Both the position numbers and the translations under genes were made by a program. DNA of 62,165 bases, filler included, from Babesia bigemina (taxonomy: Eukaryota), in assembly GCF_000981445.1 (NCBI RefSeq). It is 5 parts of 5 records of this genome, joined end to end, with 100 filler letters (N's around TTAATTAATTAA, not from the genome) between each part and the next. Parts side by side here need not be neighbours in the genome. Positions count along the whole stretch, not along the records: positions 27,352 to 39,744 come from NW_012237243.1; positions 39,845 to 51,958 come from NW_012237244.1; 3 more parts are not named here. One strand, given 5' to 3'. Of this stretch, positions 32,513 through 42,486 are shown in pieces. Numbering within the stretch: position 1 is the first letter of the stretch; the number at the start of each line of letters is the position of its first letter. The notes under the pieces are model-generated. The model saw nothing but the letters and a program-made list of their open reading frames with translations, was not told the DNA's origin and ran no database searches.

Positions 32513-32654
32513 TTGTACTCACGTTTGTAATTCACAGCAACTCACCTAGCATATCACCTACTCACCTAACCGACAAACGTAGTCTAATGTCTCGAAATAC
32601 TCTAGCGGCAACCTGTGAACTGAATAGCGTTGAGATTAAGTGATGAGTCAACAA

Positions 32655-33365
32655 TAGAGCTAAGTGCTAACCTAGCACCCAGGCAACGCGTTGACCTAGC
32701 ACCCAGGCAAAGTGCTAACCTAGCACCCAGGCAAAGTGCTAAGCTAGCAACCAGGCAAAGTGCTAAGCAAGCACCTAGGCAAAGTGGTAACCTAGCACCC
32801 AGGCAAAGTGCTAAGCTAGCACCCAGGCAAAGTGCTAAGCTAGCACTCAGGCAAAGTGCTCACCTAGCACCCAGGCAAAGTGCTAAGCTGGCAACCAGGC
32901 AAAGTGGTGACCTAGCACCCAGGCAAAGTGTTAAGCTAGCACCCAGGCAAAGTGTTAAGCAAGCATCCAGGCAAAGTGCTAAGCTAGCACCCAGGCAACG
33001 TGGTAAGCTAGCACCCAGGCAAAGTGCTAAGGTATCAACCAGGCAAAGTGCTAAGCTAGCAACCAGGCAAAGTGCTAAGCAAGCACGCAAGCAACGTGCT
33101 AAGCAAGCACACAGGCTAAGTGCTAAGCAAGCACGCAAGCAACGTGGTAAGCTGGCACCCAGGCTAAGTGGTAAGCAAGCATCCAGGCAAAGTGCTAAGC
33201 TAGCACCCAGGCAACGTGGTAAGCTAGCACTCAGGCAAAGTGGTAACCTAGCAACTAGGCAACGTGTTAACCTAGCAACTAGGCAACGTGTTAACCTAGC
33301 AACTAGGCAAAGTGGTAACCTAGCGACTAGGCAAAGTGGTAAGCTAGCACACAAGCAAAGTGCTG
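32655..33365. repeat. Repeat D array (24-bp)
   Basis: Tandem 24-nt units. Confidence 0.93.
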
Positions 33366-33388
33366 ACCATCCACCTGACCAAGTTAAT

Positions 33389-33490
33389 GTCACGGCAGCG
33401 ATGACATGGTCACGGCAGCGACGACATGGTTACGGCAGCGATGACATGGTCACGGCAGCGATGACATGGTCACGGCAGCGATGACATGGT
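33389..33490. repeat. Repeat B array (5 copies)
   Basis: 20-bp units. Confidence 0.92.
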
Positions 33491-33509
33491 GATCTAAGTG
33501 GTGATTATT

Positions 33510-33808
33510 ATCCACTCTACATCGCCCCTTTATCCACTCCACATCGCCCCTTTACCTCCTCTAATCGCTCCCTAACCCACCCTACATCGCCCCTTTATCC
33601 ACTCTACATCGCCCCTTAACCCACCCTACATCGCCCCTTTATCCACTCTACATCGCTCCCTAACCCACTCTACATCGCTCCCTAATCCACCCTTCATCGC
33701 CCCTTATCCACTCTACATCGCCCCTTTACCCACTCTACATCGCCCCTTAACCCACTCTACATCGCTCCCTAACCCACTCTACATCGCTTTTTTACCCACT
33801 CCACATCC
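33510..33808. repeat. Repeat A array upstream of gene 6 (C-rich on +)
   Basis: Tandem units. Confidence 0.95.
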
Positions 33809-33835
33809 CTTGAATTACCTCGCCATAATACCTCT

Positions 33836-36800
33836 ATGACCTCTTTAAACCATAACAATAACTTGTGCCTTGTCACCCTTCCCTTCCCTTCTTCCACCTC
33901 CTGCCACTGCCCTGACCATGTGCCGCCTAGGGAGCTTGACAAGAAATTTGGTAAAATTTTGAAACTTAAAAATACCCTAAATAACAACCCTACTAATATC
34001 CTTAACAACCTCTGCTCTGGCCTCGAGAAATTCTTAGGCTTCAACTCTGAGTCCAAAGGCTACGACGGCACTGGAATTGTCTACTCTGACTTGGACTGGC
34101 TGTGTGACGGGGTGATGGGATTTTTGAGTGGCGTTCTCAGTAACATCAGAGAGCATTTAGGGCAGCATAAAGATACTTTAGACATTGCAATTAACACTCT
34201 TAACAAAAATAAACACGCCGGTAAAAACGGTTTTAATGAAGCGATTGAAAAGGTGGTCGAGGGGGTGCGGGGGTATAATGATAAGGTGAGGGAGAGTAAT
34301 GAGAAAATTAATGGCGTGATAATTAATTTTACAAAACAGATAAAAAACATTCCGGAGGCTGTACGAAACTTTAATGATCATAATAGTGTTAACCAAATTA
34401 ATGATTCAGTCGATGAGTGCATCAAGGCATCGTCGAAGTATGTAGTAGGCATGTTAACAGTACACAAAGAGATCAAAGACCTTGAGGATAATTTAGAAAA
34501 TAAGGTTAACAATACTACTAATATTATTGAATACCAATATGGGAGGTTGAGTTTAATTTATGAAAAACAAAAAGAGGATCTCCAGCAGCTGACTGAGTTG
34601 CTTGGTGAACAGCATAGAAGTGTTCAAAAACAGATAAATAAGACTACCGAAGAGAAAGTAGGTGAATATGCTGGTGAAATATATGCTAGAGTTGATAAGC
34701 TTAAATCGAATATAGTCACTGTAAATGGTACTTTGAAAACGTATGTCAGTGAATTAGAAAACTGGATCGAAATAGTGCAAAAATCTGTAGAAATGGCTTT
34801 GAAAAAAGTTGAGACAATCTTGAATCTAGCTAGTGGAAATTCGTCACCGAACTATAGAGAAGATCTTGAGAACGCCGTTAAAGCGCTACAGCAGAAATGC
34901 TTGGCTTTGTTCAAAGCATATGACACGGCAAACAAGGCTTTGCCAGGATGGATGAAAAAACTCCAAGATACAGTGGGTGTGTTAGATGATAGGATTCAGA
35001 AGGATCTGGAAACATTGCTGAGTGGGATTAAAAAAAACCTCACCGATTACCTTCGGAAAATTAATGAAGATTTCGAAGCTTTGAGAGGTAACATTGTTCG
35101 AAAAGCTCAGTCCAGTTCACTGGATAAAAGCATAGCTTTCAATTGGGAAGTCATTAAGAGAACGATTTCGGGATACGCGGCAAATATTTATAAGGAAGAA
35201 AAAAAAATAGAAAATACTGATAAATCTGGAATGTTGCATGACATTCTTACAGCTGTATTAAACTATGGTAAAAAATTCACTACTATGAGTTTCGGAAAAG
35301 AGATCTTAGATGCATGGATGAAGGAGATATTGGTGAAGAATGATAGGTGGATAACCGGCAGATTAGATACATACGTCAGAGATAATGGAATTGGTACTTT
35401 TGAGACGACCCTAAATATTACAAGTGGCAGCGCTTCCACACTCCATGAGACAATTAAGAAGAAGATTACAGCGAAACTTCAAAGCGAAATAATTCAGAAG
35501 GCTACACAAAATTACAGTGAGGTACTCGACAGTGTTGCGGGCAATTTGGGCGCTATTCACAGAGTGTGCGAGCGATTTGCCAAAGATCTTAACGAAAAGA
35601 TTGCATCGAACGGTGTTAGTGATATTGCCGAGGAAATAGCCCGGGAGATTGAGAGGGGAAACGATGGCATTTTAAAGCAAAAAGATAAAGACAGCAACCA
35701 TCGACTCGATCTCACAACTGCTATCGAACGCATTCTTCACAGACTCACTGATAGAGCCAAAGAATTCGTATCTGATGTCGAGAAGCTGGTTAAGGAATGC
35801 AAATTGGAAAATGTAGATGCTTCTATGAAACTAGCGCGAAATATCAGAGATCAACTTGATCACAAATATAGCGCCGGGAAAGCAATTGATGTAGCATTGG
35901 AGGAAGTTACGTCAATAATTGAGTTGCTAGACACCAGCCTGTCCAAGGAGGAATTTGAGGGTGAGGTTGACAAAGCGATGTTATCCTACGTGAAAGGCAA
36001 ATTGAGAAGCAAAATGGAAGCCTACAATAAACACGTAACAAACAGCAGCGATGAGAATACGTTGGCAAAGGCCATCAAAGACGTTGAAGAGAAAGCCTTG
36101 GAACCGTTCTACCAACCTGTCAACACTGACAAAATAAACGACGCAACAATACATAAGACAGCCAAAGATATTGGTGCAAACTTCGCTCAGCTGTGCGACT
36201 CAATACTAAAGGCCGCATCTACAGAGGGCCCAGACAGCGCTAAAAGAAAATTAGAGGACATGAAAAATTATTGGATCGGAAAAGATACTAACGGTAAATT
36301 AAAAACTCTTAAAGAAAACTTAAACACCCTTCAAAAGAGCACGTTGTTCCCACTGATATCCAAGACGCAGGAGATCGCTCAGCGTGTCTCCACTGAGAGC
36401 TCTCGACTAATTCGGGAACTCTCTGAGCACGTAAACCAATTGATTGATAATGCTACAAATACTGTAACTCACGACATGCAACGGAGATATGTGATTTTCA
36501 TGAGATATCAACTTGAAGAGTTTTCCAATAATGTAACTAAGGTACTTACCGATTTCCCTGAGGCCATTAACAAGGACGCTGATAAGAACCACAAAGGATT
36601 TATGAAGGTTATCCAAACGAAATTAGCAACCAGTACGATTAACAGCACTCTAAATTTGGCCGACAAACCAGTCACTTTAACGACCAAAGTTACAATTTTT
36701 TTTTCAACTCTGCTTGATACCTTGAAACCCAACCGTGAGATCATGCCTAGCGACAAGCTTTCTGATATCAGAGAAAAACTTAACACTCTCCTCTCTGATC

Positions 36801-39070
36801 TCTCCCGTTTCAACCGCCCCTTCGTCCGCAACCTCACCGCACTTTCGTCCCTCCTCGATTCCATCCGCCCCGCATCCTACGCCGACGACAGCAACCCCCT
36901 GCTCGACTGTCTTAAAAAGGGCGTGCAGATGATGTGCGAGGAGCTCAAAAAGGCGTACGTGAGCGTGTATGATGGTGAGACGTTTGGTGCCAACCTTGTC
37001 GAAAAAGAGAAATTAACGCCGTATGGCACCCAGTTGTCCAAGGTGTTAATGTCCATCTTGGAGATATACAACGAAGATTTGAGGTACTTGAAAAATCGTA
37101 CCATCCACAAATGGTCAACAAGTAGAATATATGCTGGTAGCAGTTTAGGCACATTTTTGCAAAATAGCGGCTACAGCGTGTCCAACAATGAGACCGAGCA
37201 GAATGGTCACTTGGACAAGAATGTCGACGGCACAAAGATCATGAGTCTGCTTGTAGGCGAAAATTACGGTCACGTTTACCACAAGAATAAGAATTACAAA
37301 TTCCAGCTTGAGAACCTATACGACTGCCTTACGACTTATTACCGCATTCGTCACATCTCCACTGCAGGGTCGAAGAAGTCGCCGTGTAATATCTACGAGA
37401 TGCTCTGCTGGCTTACGAGTTTGCGATACAGTTCAGTGTACTCCGATTTTATTTCCGACGATTTCAGTGATTTGTTCGATAAGCGTGAGATGAAGAACGC
37501 AGAATCAAATGACCCCGATTTCATTCCAGTTGACGACCTCGGCGAACTCTCTTTGAAAGCCTGCCCTCAACGGATCACGTACGGTGAAATACACGATGCA
37601 ATTGTACACGTTACCGCCGTTTCATCTACAGTCTTAACTACCATCGTCGGCTATGGAGACGCCCACGCAACGTACGCTGTCGATTTTTATAGTAACGCCC
37701 TGAGACTGAGTTACCCATCGTCAAGCGTGGATTGCCTCAACATGTTGATCGAGGTCCTCGGTCGGCTGTTGCCTGTCTTCACGTTCCTACATGGCCAGTG
37801 CAGCATTACCGCTAAACACTACGGATGGTCCAACTGCTTGTACGGAAAAGGCGTCAAATGGTCAACGTGGCCGTGTGATGAGCACTCGAAGACAGAAGTT
37901 GAGTGCCATGCGAAATCACCTCTGCAATCCTTCCTCCGCGATTGCCTACCTGGTTACCTTCCTCATCAAGTAGAATCGGTCGGATGCAAATCTGACTGTA
38001 AAACGTGTCCCAAAAGCCTACCCGGTGCGCCATGTATAACACCACTTGGGTTCAGAAGCTTCACCGGTAGCAAGAAGACAGGCAAAGACCTATGTAACGT
38101 GCTAACCAAATTCATGGGTAACGGGGTTGCTTCACCCTTGTTCAGCCTCACTCCCAAACCGCCGAAAACGTTGGCAGAGCACTTCGGCTTCGCCCTGTCC
38201 TTAGTTAGGAACTGGCAGAGAGAGCGCAGTTATAGCCTTAAAACTAAGATGGTTTCCACAATAGAGGTTGTGTCAATTGGCCTCTGCAAAAACGCCAACA
38301 ATTTCACCAACGCTCTCAGCAATGCGTATGGAGACAACAAGGTAGGACATGAAAGCAACGGACATCGCAGCGGTACAGAGGCCGATCTGGCCAGCTTGTC
38401 GACAACAGAATCATGCGTCTATCCGAACAAAAATGTTCATTGTGCTCCCTACCTCCAATCGCTGTACAGCAATTCCTATATGTATGTGGCAGAGAAGCAC
38501 GCCAGCGCCTACTTGTCTTGGGCACTATACCTACCATGGAACCTACATTCCTTCCTCAAAAGTTTACTTGATGCGTTCAGTAATATTGTCTGCCAAGACT
38601 GGGGATGCAGCAGATGCGCCCACGGTAGTGCTTGTAGACGTGGTAATCACGGCGTAGATTACAATTGTCAGTGCAGAGGTATAATTGAGTGCCGTGGCGT
38701 ACAAAGCACATTATACAGCTTCGGATTCATGTTCGGCAATTCTGAAAAATTAGCAGTTAATGAAAGCAAGAGATATTGCCACAATTTCTACAAGCAGTTG
38801 CGCAACGTTCTCAATTCACAATATTTCACCAAATTATTTGAAGAATGTGACAACTTCATTTGGACAATCAGAGAACCGTTCACCTATCTAGTGCTCGCAT
38901 TCTGGTCACTATCCCTCTTCTACCTCATCTGCGTAATGGTTGGCAGACTGGATGTGCTCCACATCAAATCGCATTTACACTCTCCCTCATCACATCGCAT
39001 CGCCGCGCAGTCACTACTTGCTGCTGGACGTGTTAACAAGCTTAACAGGGTGTTTTATCTGCAACCGTAA
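33836..39070 (+). CDS. ves1: VESA1-like protein (gene 6; GYGD subtype); the only copy whose leader ATG is open into the body; chimeric tail
   Basis: 1744-aa ORF from MTSLNH...; internal MGFL ATG at 34115. Confidence 0.87.
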   Translation: MTSLNHNNNLCLVTLPFPSSTSCHCPDHVPPRELDKKFGKILKLKNTLNNNPTNILNNLCSGLEKFLGFNSESKGYDGTGIVYSDLDWLCDGVMGFLSGVLSNIREHLGQHKDTLDIAINTLNKNKHAGKNGFNEAIEKVVEGVRGYNDKVRESNEKINGVIINFTKQIKNIPEAVRNFNDHNSVNQINDSVDECIKASSKYVVGMLTVHKEIKDLEDNLENKVNNTTNIIEYQYGRLSLIYEKQKEDLQQLTELLGEQHRSVQKQINKTTEEKVGEYAGEIYARVDKLKSNIVTVNGTLKTYVSELENWIEIVQKSVEMALKKVETILNLASGNSSPNYREDLENAVKALQQKCLALFKAYDTANKALPGWMKKLQDTVGVLDDRIQKDLETLLSGIKKNLTDYLRKINEDFEALRGNIVRKAQSSSLDKSIAFNWEVIKRTISGYAANIYKEEKKIENTDKSGMLHDILTAVLNYGKKFTTMSFGKEILDAWMKEILVKNDRWITGRLDTYVRDNGIGTFETTLNITSGSASTLHETIKKKITAKLQSEIIQKATQNYSEVLDSVAGNLGAIHRVCERFAKDLNEKIASNGVSDIAEEIAREIERGNDGILKQKDKDSNHRLDLTTAIERILHRLTDRAKEFVSDVEKLVKECKLENVDASMKLARNIRDQLDHKYSAGKAIDVALEEVTSIIELLDTSLSKEEFEGEVDKAMLSYVKGKLRSKMEAYNKHVTNSSDENTLAKAIKDVEEKALEPFYQPVNTDKINDATIHKTAKDIGANFAQLCDSILKAASTEGPDSAKRKLEDMKNYWIGKDTNGKLKTLKENLNTLQKSTLFPLISKTQEIAQRVSTESSRLIRELSEHVNQLIDNATNTVTHDMQRRYVIFMRYQLEEFSNNVTKVLTDFPEAINKDADKNHKGFMKVIQTKLATSTINSTLNLADKPVTLTTKVTIFFSTLLDTLKPNREIMPSDKLSDIREKLNTLLSDLSRFNRPFVRNLTALSSLLDSIRPASYADDSNPLLDCLKKGVQMMCEELKKAYVSVYDGETFGANLVEKEKLTPYGTQLSKVLMSILEIYNEDLRYLKNRTIHKWSTSRIYAGSSLGTFLQNSGYSVSNNETEQNGHLDKNVDGTKIMSLLVGENYGHVYHKNKNYKFQLENLYDCLTTYYRIRHISTAGSKKSPCNIYEMLCWLTSLRYSSVYSDFISDDFSDLFDKREMKNAESNDPDFIPVDDLGELSLKACPQRITYGEIHDAIVHVTAVSSTVLTTIVGYGDAHATYAVDFYSNALRLSYPSSSVDCLNMLIEVLGRLLPVFTFLHGQCSITAKHYGWSNCLYGKGVKWSTWPCDEHSKTEVECHAKSPLQSFLRDCLPGYLPHQVESVGCKSDCKTCPKSLPGAPCITPLGFRSFTGSKKTGKDLCNVLTKFMGNGVASPLFSLTPKPPKTLAEHFGFALSLVRNWQRERSYSLKTKMVSTIEVVSIGLCKNANNFTNALSNAYGDNKVGHESNGHRSGTEADLASLSTTESCVYPNKNVHCAPYLQSLYSNSYMYVAEKHASAYLSWALYLPWNLHSFLKSLLDAFSNIVCQDWGCSRCAHGSACRRGNHGVDYNCQCRGIIECRGVQSTLYSFGFMFGNSEKLAVNESKRYCHNFYKQLRNVLNSQYFTKLFEECDNFIWTIREPFTYLVLAFWSLSLFYLICVMVGRLDVLHIKSHLHSPSSHRIAAQSLLAAGRVNKLNRVFYLQP

Positions 39071-39192
39071 TCGTACTCACGTGTTTACTATCTACACTCA
39101 CCTAGCATCACCTACTCACCTATACAACTAATTGTTGTCTAATGTTTTTAATTACTCATTGATCGTTGTATGTGATTGTGTAGTAGTTAACT

Positions 39193-39473
39193 AAAGTGGT
39201 GACCAAAGTGTTGACCAAGTTGCTGACCAACGTGTTGACCAATGCCACGACCAAAGTGCTGACCAAAGTGCTGACCAATGTGCTGACCAAGGTGCTGACC
39301 AAGGTGCTGACCAAGGTGCTGACCAAAGTGGTGACCAAGGTGCTGACCAAGGTGCTGACCAATGCCATGACCAAGGTGGTGACCTATGTGCTGACCAATG
39401 CCATGACCAACGTATTGACCAATGCCACGACCAAGGTGTTGACCAAGGTGCTGACCAACCACCTGACCAAAGT
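39193..39473. repeat. Repeat C array
   Basis: 12-bp units. Confidence 0.92.
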
Positions 39474-39477
39474 GATG

Positions 39478-39597
39478 GTTACGGCAGCGGTGACATGGTC
39501 ACGGCAGCGATGACATGGTCACGGCAGCGATGACTGTGTTACGGCAGCGATGACATAGACACGGCAGCGATGACATGGTCACGGCAGCGATGACAGT
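39478..39597. repeat. Repeat B array
   Basis: 20-bp units. Confidence 0.92.
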
Positions 39598-39619
39598 GGT
39601 GACTTAAGTGGTATTTATC

Positions 39620-39744
39620 ATCCACTCCACATCGCTCCCTAACCCACTCTACATCGCCCCTTAACCCACTCTACATCGCCCCTTTATCCACTCTACATCG
39701 CCCCTTTACCCACTCTACATCGCCCCTTAACCCGCTCTACATCG
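39620..39744. repeat. Repeat A array running into a gap
   Basis: Tandem units. Confidence 0.92.
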
Positions 39745-39844
39745 NNNNNNNNNNNNNNNNNNNNNNNNNNNNNNNNNNNNNNNNNNNNTTAATTAATTAA
39801 NNNNNNNNNNNNNNNNNNNNNNNNNNNNNNNNNNNNNNNNNNNN
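39745..39844. other. Artificial assembly gap
   Basis: N44-TTAATTAATTAA-N44. Confidence 0.98.
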
Positions 39845-40586
39845 GTGGTGACCAAAGCGGTGACCAGAGTGTTGACCAATGCCATGACCAAGGTGCTGAC
39901 CAAAGTGGTGACCAATGTGCAGACCAAGGTGCTGACCAAGATGCTGCCCAATGTGTTGCCCAAGGTGGTGACCAATGTGCAGACCAAGGTGCTGACCAAT
40001 GCCACAACCAACGTGCTGACCAACGTGCTGACCAATGTGCTGACCAATGTGCTGAACAAAGTAGTGACCAATGTGCTGACCAATGCCATGACCAATGTGC
40101 TGACCAAAGTGTTGACCAAGCACCTGACCAACGTGCTGACCAACGTGCTGACCAATGCCATGACCAAGGTGCTGACCAAAGTGGTGACCAATGTGCAGAC
40201 CAAGATGCTGCCCAAAGTGTTAACCAATGTGCTGACCAAAGTGCTGACCTATGTGCTGACCTATGTGCTGACCAGAGTAATGACCAACGTGTTGACCAAT
40301 GCCATGACCAAAGTGGTGACCAATGTGCTGACCAAAGTGCTGACCAAGGTGCTGACCAAAGTGGTGACCAATGTGCTGACCAACGTGGTGACCAATGTGG
40401 TGACCAAGATGCTGACCAATGCCATGACCAAAGTGCTGACCAAAGGGGTGACCAATGCCATGACCAACGTGGTGACCAACGTGCTGACCAAGGTGCTGAC
40501 CAATGTGCTGACCAATGCCATGACCAACGTGGTGACCATTGTGCTGATCAAAGTGCTGATCAAAGTGCTGACCAACGTGTTGACCA
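39845..40586. repeat. Repeat C array (long)
   Basis: 12-bp units. Confidence 0.95.
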
Positions 40587-40594
40587 TGTTAGTT

Positions 40595-41460
40595 GTCACG
40601 GCAGCGATGATATGGTTACGGCAGCGATGAGATGGACACGGCAGCGATGACATGGCGACGGCAGCGATGACATGGTTACGGCAGCGATGACATGGTCACG
40701 GCAGCGATGAGATGGACACGGCAGCGATGACATGGCGACGGCAGCGATGACATGGTTACGGCAGCGATGACATGGACACAGCAGCGATGACATGGTCACG
40801 GCAGCGATGACATGGTCACGGCAGCGATGACATGGTTACGGCAGCGATGATATGGACACAGCAGCGATGACATGGTCACGGCAGCGATGACATGGTCACG
40901 GCAGCGATGACATGGTCACGGCAGCGATGACATGGTAACGGCAGCGATGGCATGGTCACGGCAGCGATGACAGTTGATGGTTACAGCAGCGATCACTGGT
41001 CACGGCAGCGATGACATGGACACAGCAGCGATGACATGGTCACGGCAGCGATGACATGGTCAAGGCAGCGATGACATGGTCACGGCAGCGATGATATGGT
41101 CACGGCAGCGATGACATGGTCACGGCAGCGATGATATGGTCACGGCAGCGATGACATGGTTACGGCAGCGGTGACATGGTTACGGCAGCGGTCACATGGT
41201 CACGGCAGCGGTGACATGGTCACGGCAGCGATGACATGGTCACAGTAGCGATGACATGGTCACAGTAGCGATGACATGGTCACGGCAGCGATGACATGGT
41301 CACGGCAGCGATGACACGGTTACGGCAGCGATGACATGGACACGGCAGCGATGACATGGACACGGCAGCGATGACATGGACACGGCAGCGATGACATGGT
41401 CTCGGCAGCGATGACATGTTTACGGCAGCGATGACATGGTTACAGCAGCGATGAAATGGT
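40595..41460. repeat. Repeat B array, largest in the window (about 40 copies of GTCACGGCAGCGATGACATG)
   Basis: Near-strict 20-nt periodicity. Confidence 0.97.
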
Positions 41461-41479
41461 GACTTAAGTGGTGATTATC

Positions 41480-42218
41480 ATCCACTCTACATCGCCCCTT
41501 AACCACTCCACATCGCCCCTTTACCCACTCTACATCGCTCCCTAACCCACTCTACATCGCTCCCTAACCCACTCTACATCGCTCCTTTACCCACTCTACA
41601 TCGCCCCTTTACCCACTCTACATCGCCCCTTAACCCACTCTACATCGCCCCTTAATCCACTCTACGTCGCCCTTTAACCCACTCTACATCGCCCCTTTAA
41701 CCACTCTACATCGCCCCTTTACCCACTCTACATCGCTCCTTTACCCACTCTACATCGCCCCTTACCCACTCTACATCGCCCCTTACCCACTCTACATCGC
41801 CCCTTTACCCACTCTACATCGCCCCTTTACCCACTCTACATCGCTCCCTAACCCACTCTACATCGCTCCTTTATCCACTCTACATCGCTCCCTAACCCAA
41901 TCTACATCGCTCCCTAACCCACTCTACATCGCTCCTTTAACCACTCTACATCGCCCCTTTACCCACTCCACATCGCCCCTTAATCCACTCTTCATCGCTC
42001 CCTAACCCACTCCACATCGCCCCTTTAACCACTCTACATCGCCCCTTAACCCACTCTACATCGCTTCCTAACCCACTCTACATCGCCCCTTAACCACTCC
42101 ACATCGCCCCTTTACCCACTCTACATCGCTCCCTAACCCACTCTACATCGCTCCTTAACCCACTCTACATCGCTCCCTAATCCACTCTACATCGCTCCCT
42201 AACCCACTCTACATCGCT
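41480..42218. repeat. Repeat A array upstream of gene 7
   Basis: Tandem units. Confidence 0.95.
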
Positions 42219-42486
42219 CGAATTACCTCGCCTTAATACCGCTATGACCTCTATAAACCACAATAATAACTTGTGCCTTGTCATCCTTCACATCCCCTCT
42301 TCCACCTCTTGCCACTGCCCTGACCATGTGCCGCCTAGGGAGCTTGACAAGAAATTTGACAAAATTTAAAACCTTAAAAATACCTCAAATAATAACCCTA
42401 CTAACATCCTTAATAACCTTTGTACTGGCCTCGAAACTTTCCTCGGCTTCAACTCCACTTCCAAAGGCTACACTGGCGAGGGGATT

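Noticed and set aside
32630..33484. 284-aa RQSAKLAP-repeat ORF
   Set aside because: Translation of the 24-bp D array with a non-ATG start; start and end are not conserved in the other D arrays
40595..41460. CRISPR-like appearance of regular repeats
   Set aside because: Head-to-tail units with no unique spacers, no cas genes, eukaryotic context
42395..42410. TACTAAC branch-point in ves leaders implying an intron that removes the stops
   Set aside because: It encodes the conserved (P/S)TNIL peptide, and there is no good YAG acceptor at a suitable distance or conserved donor
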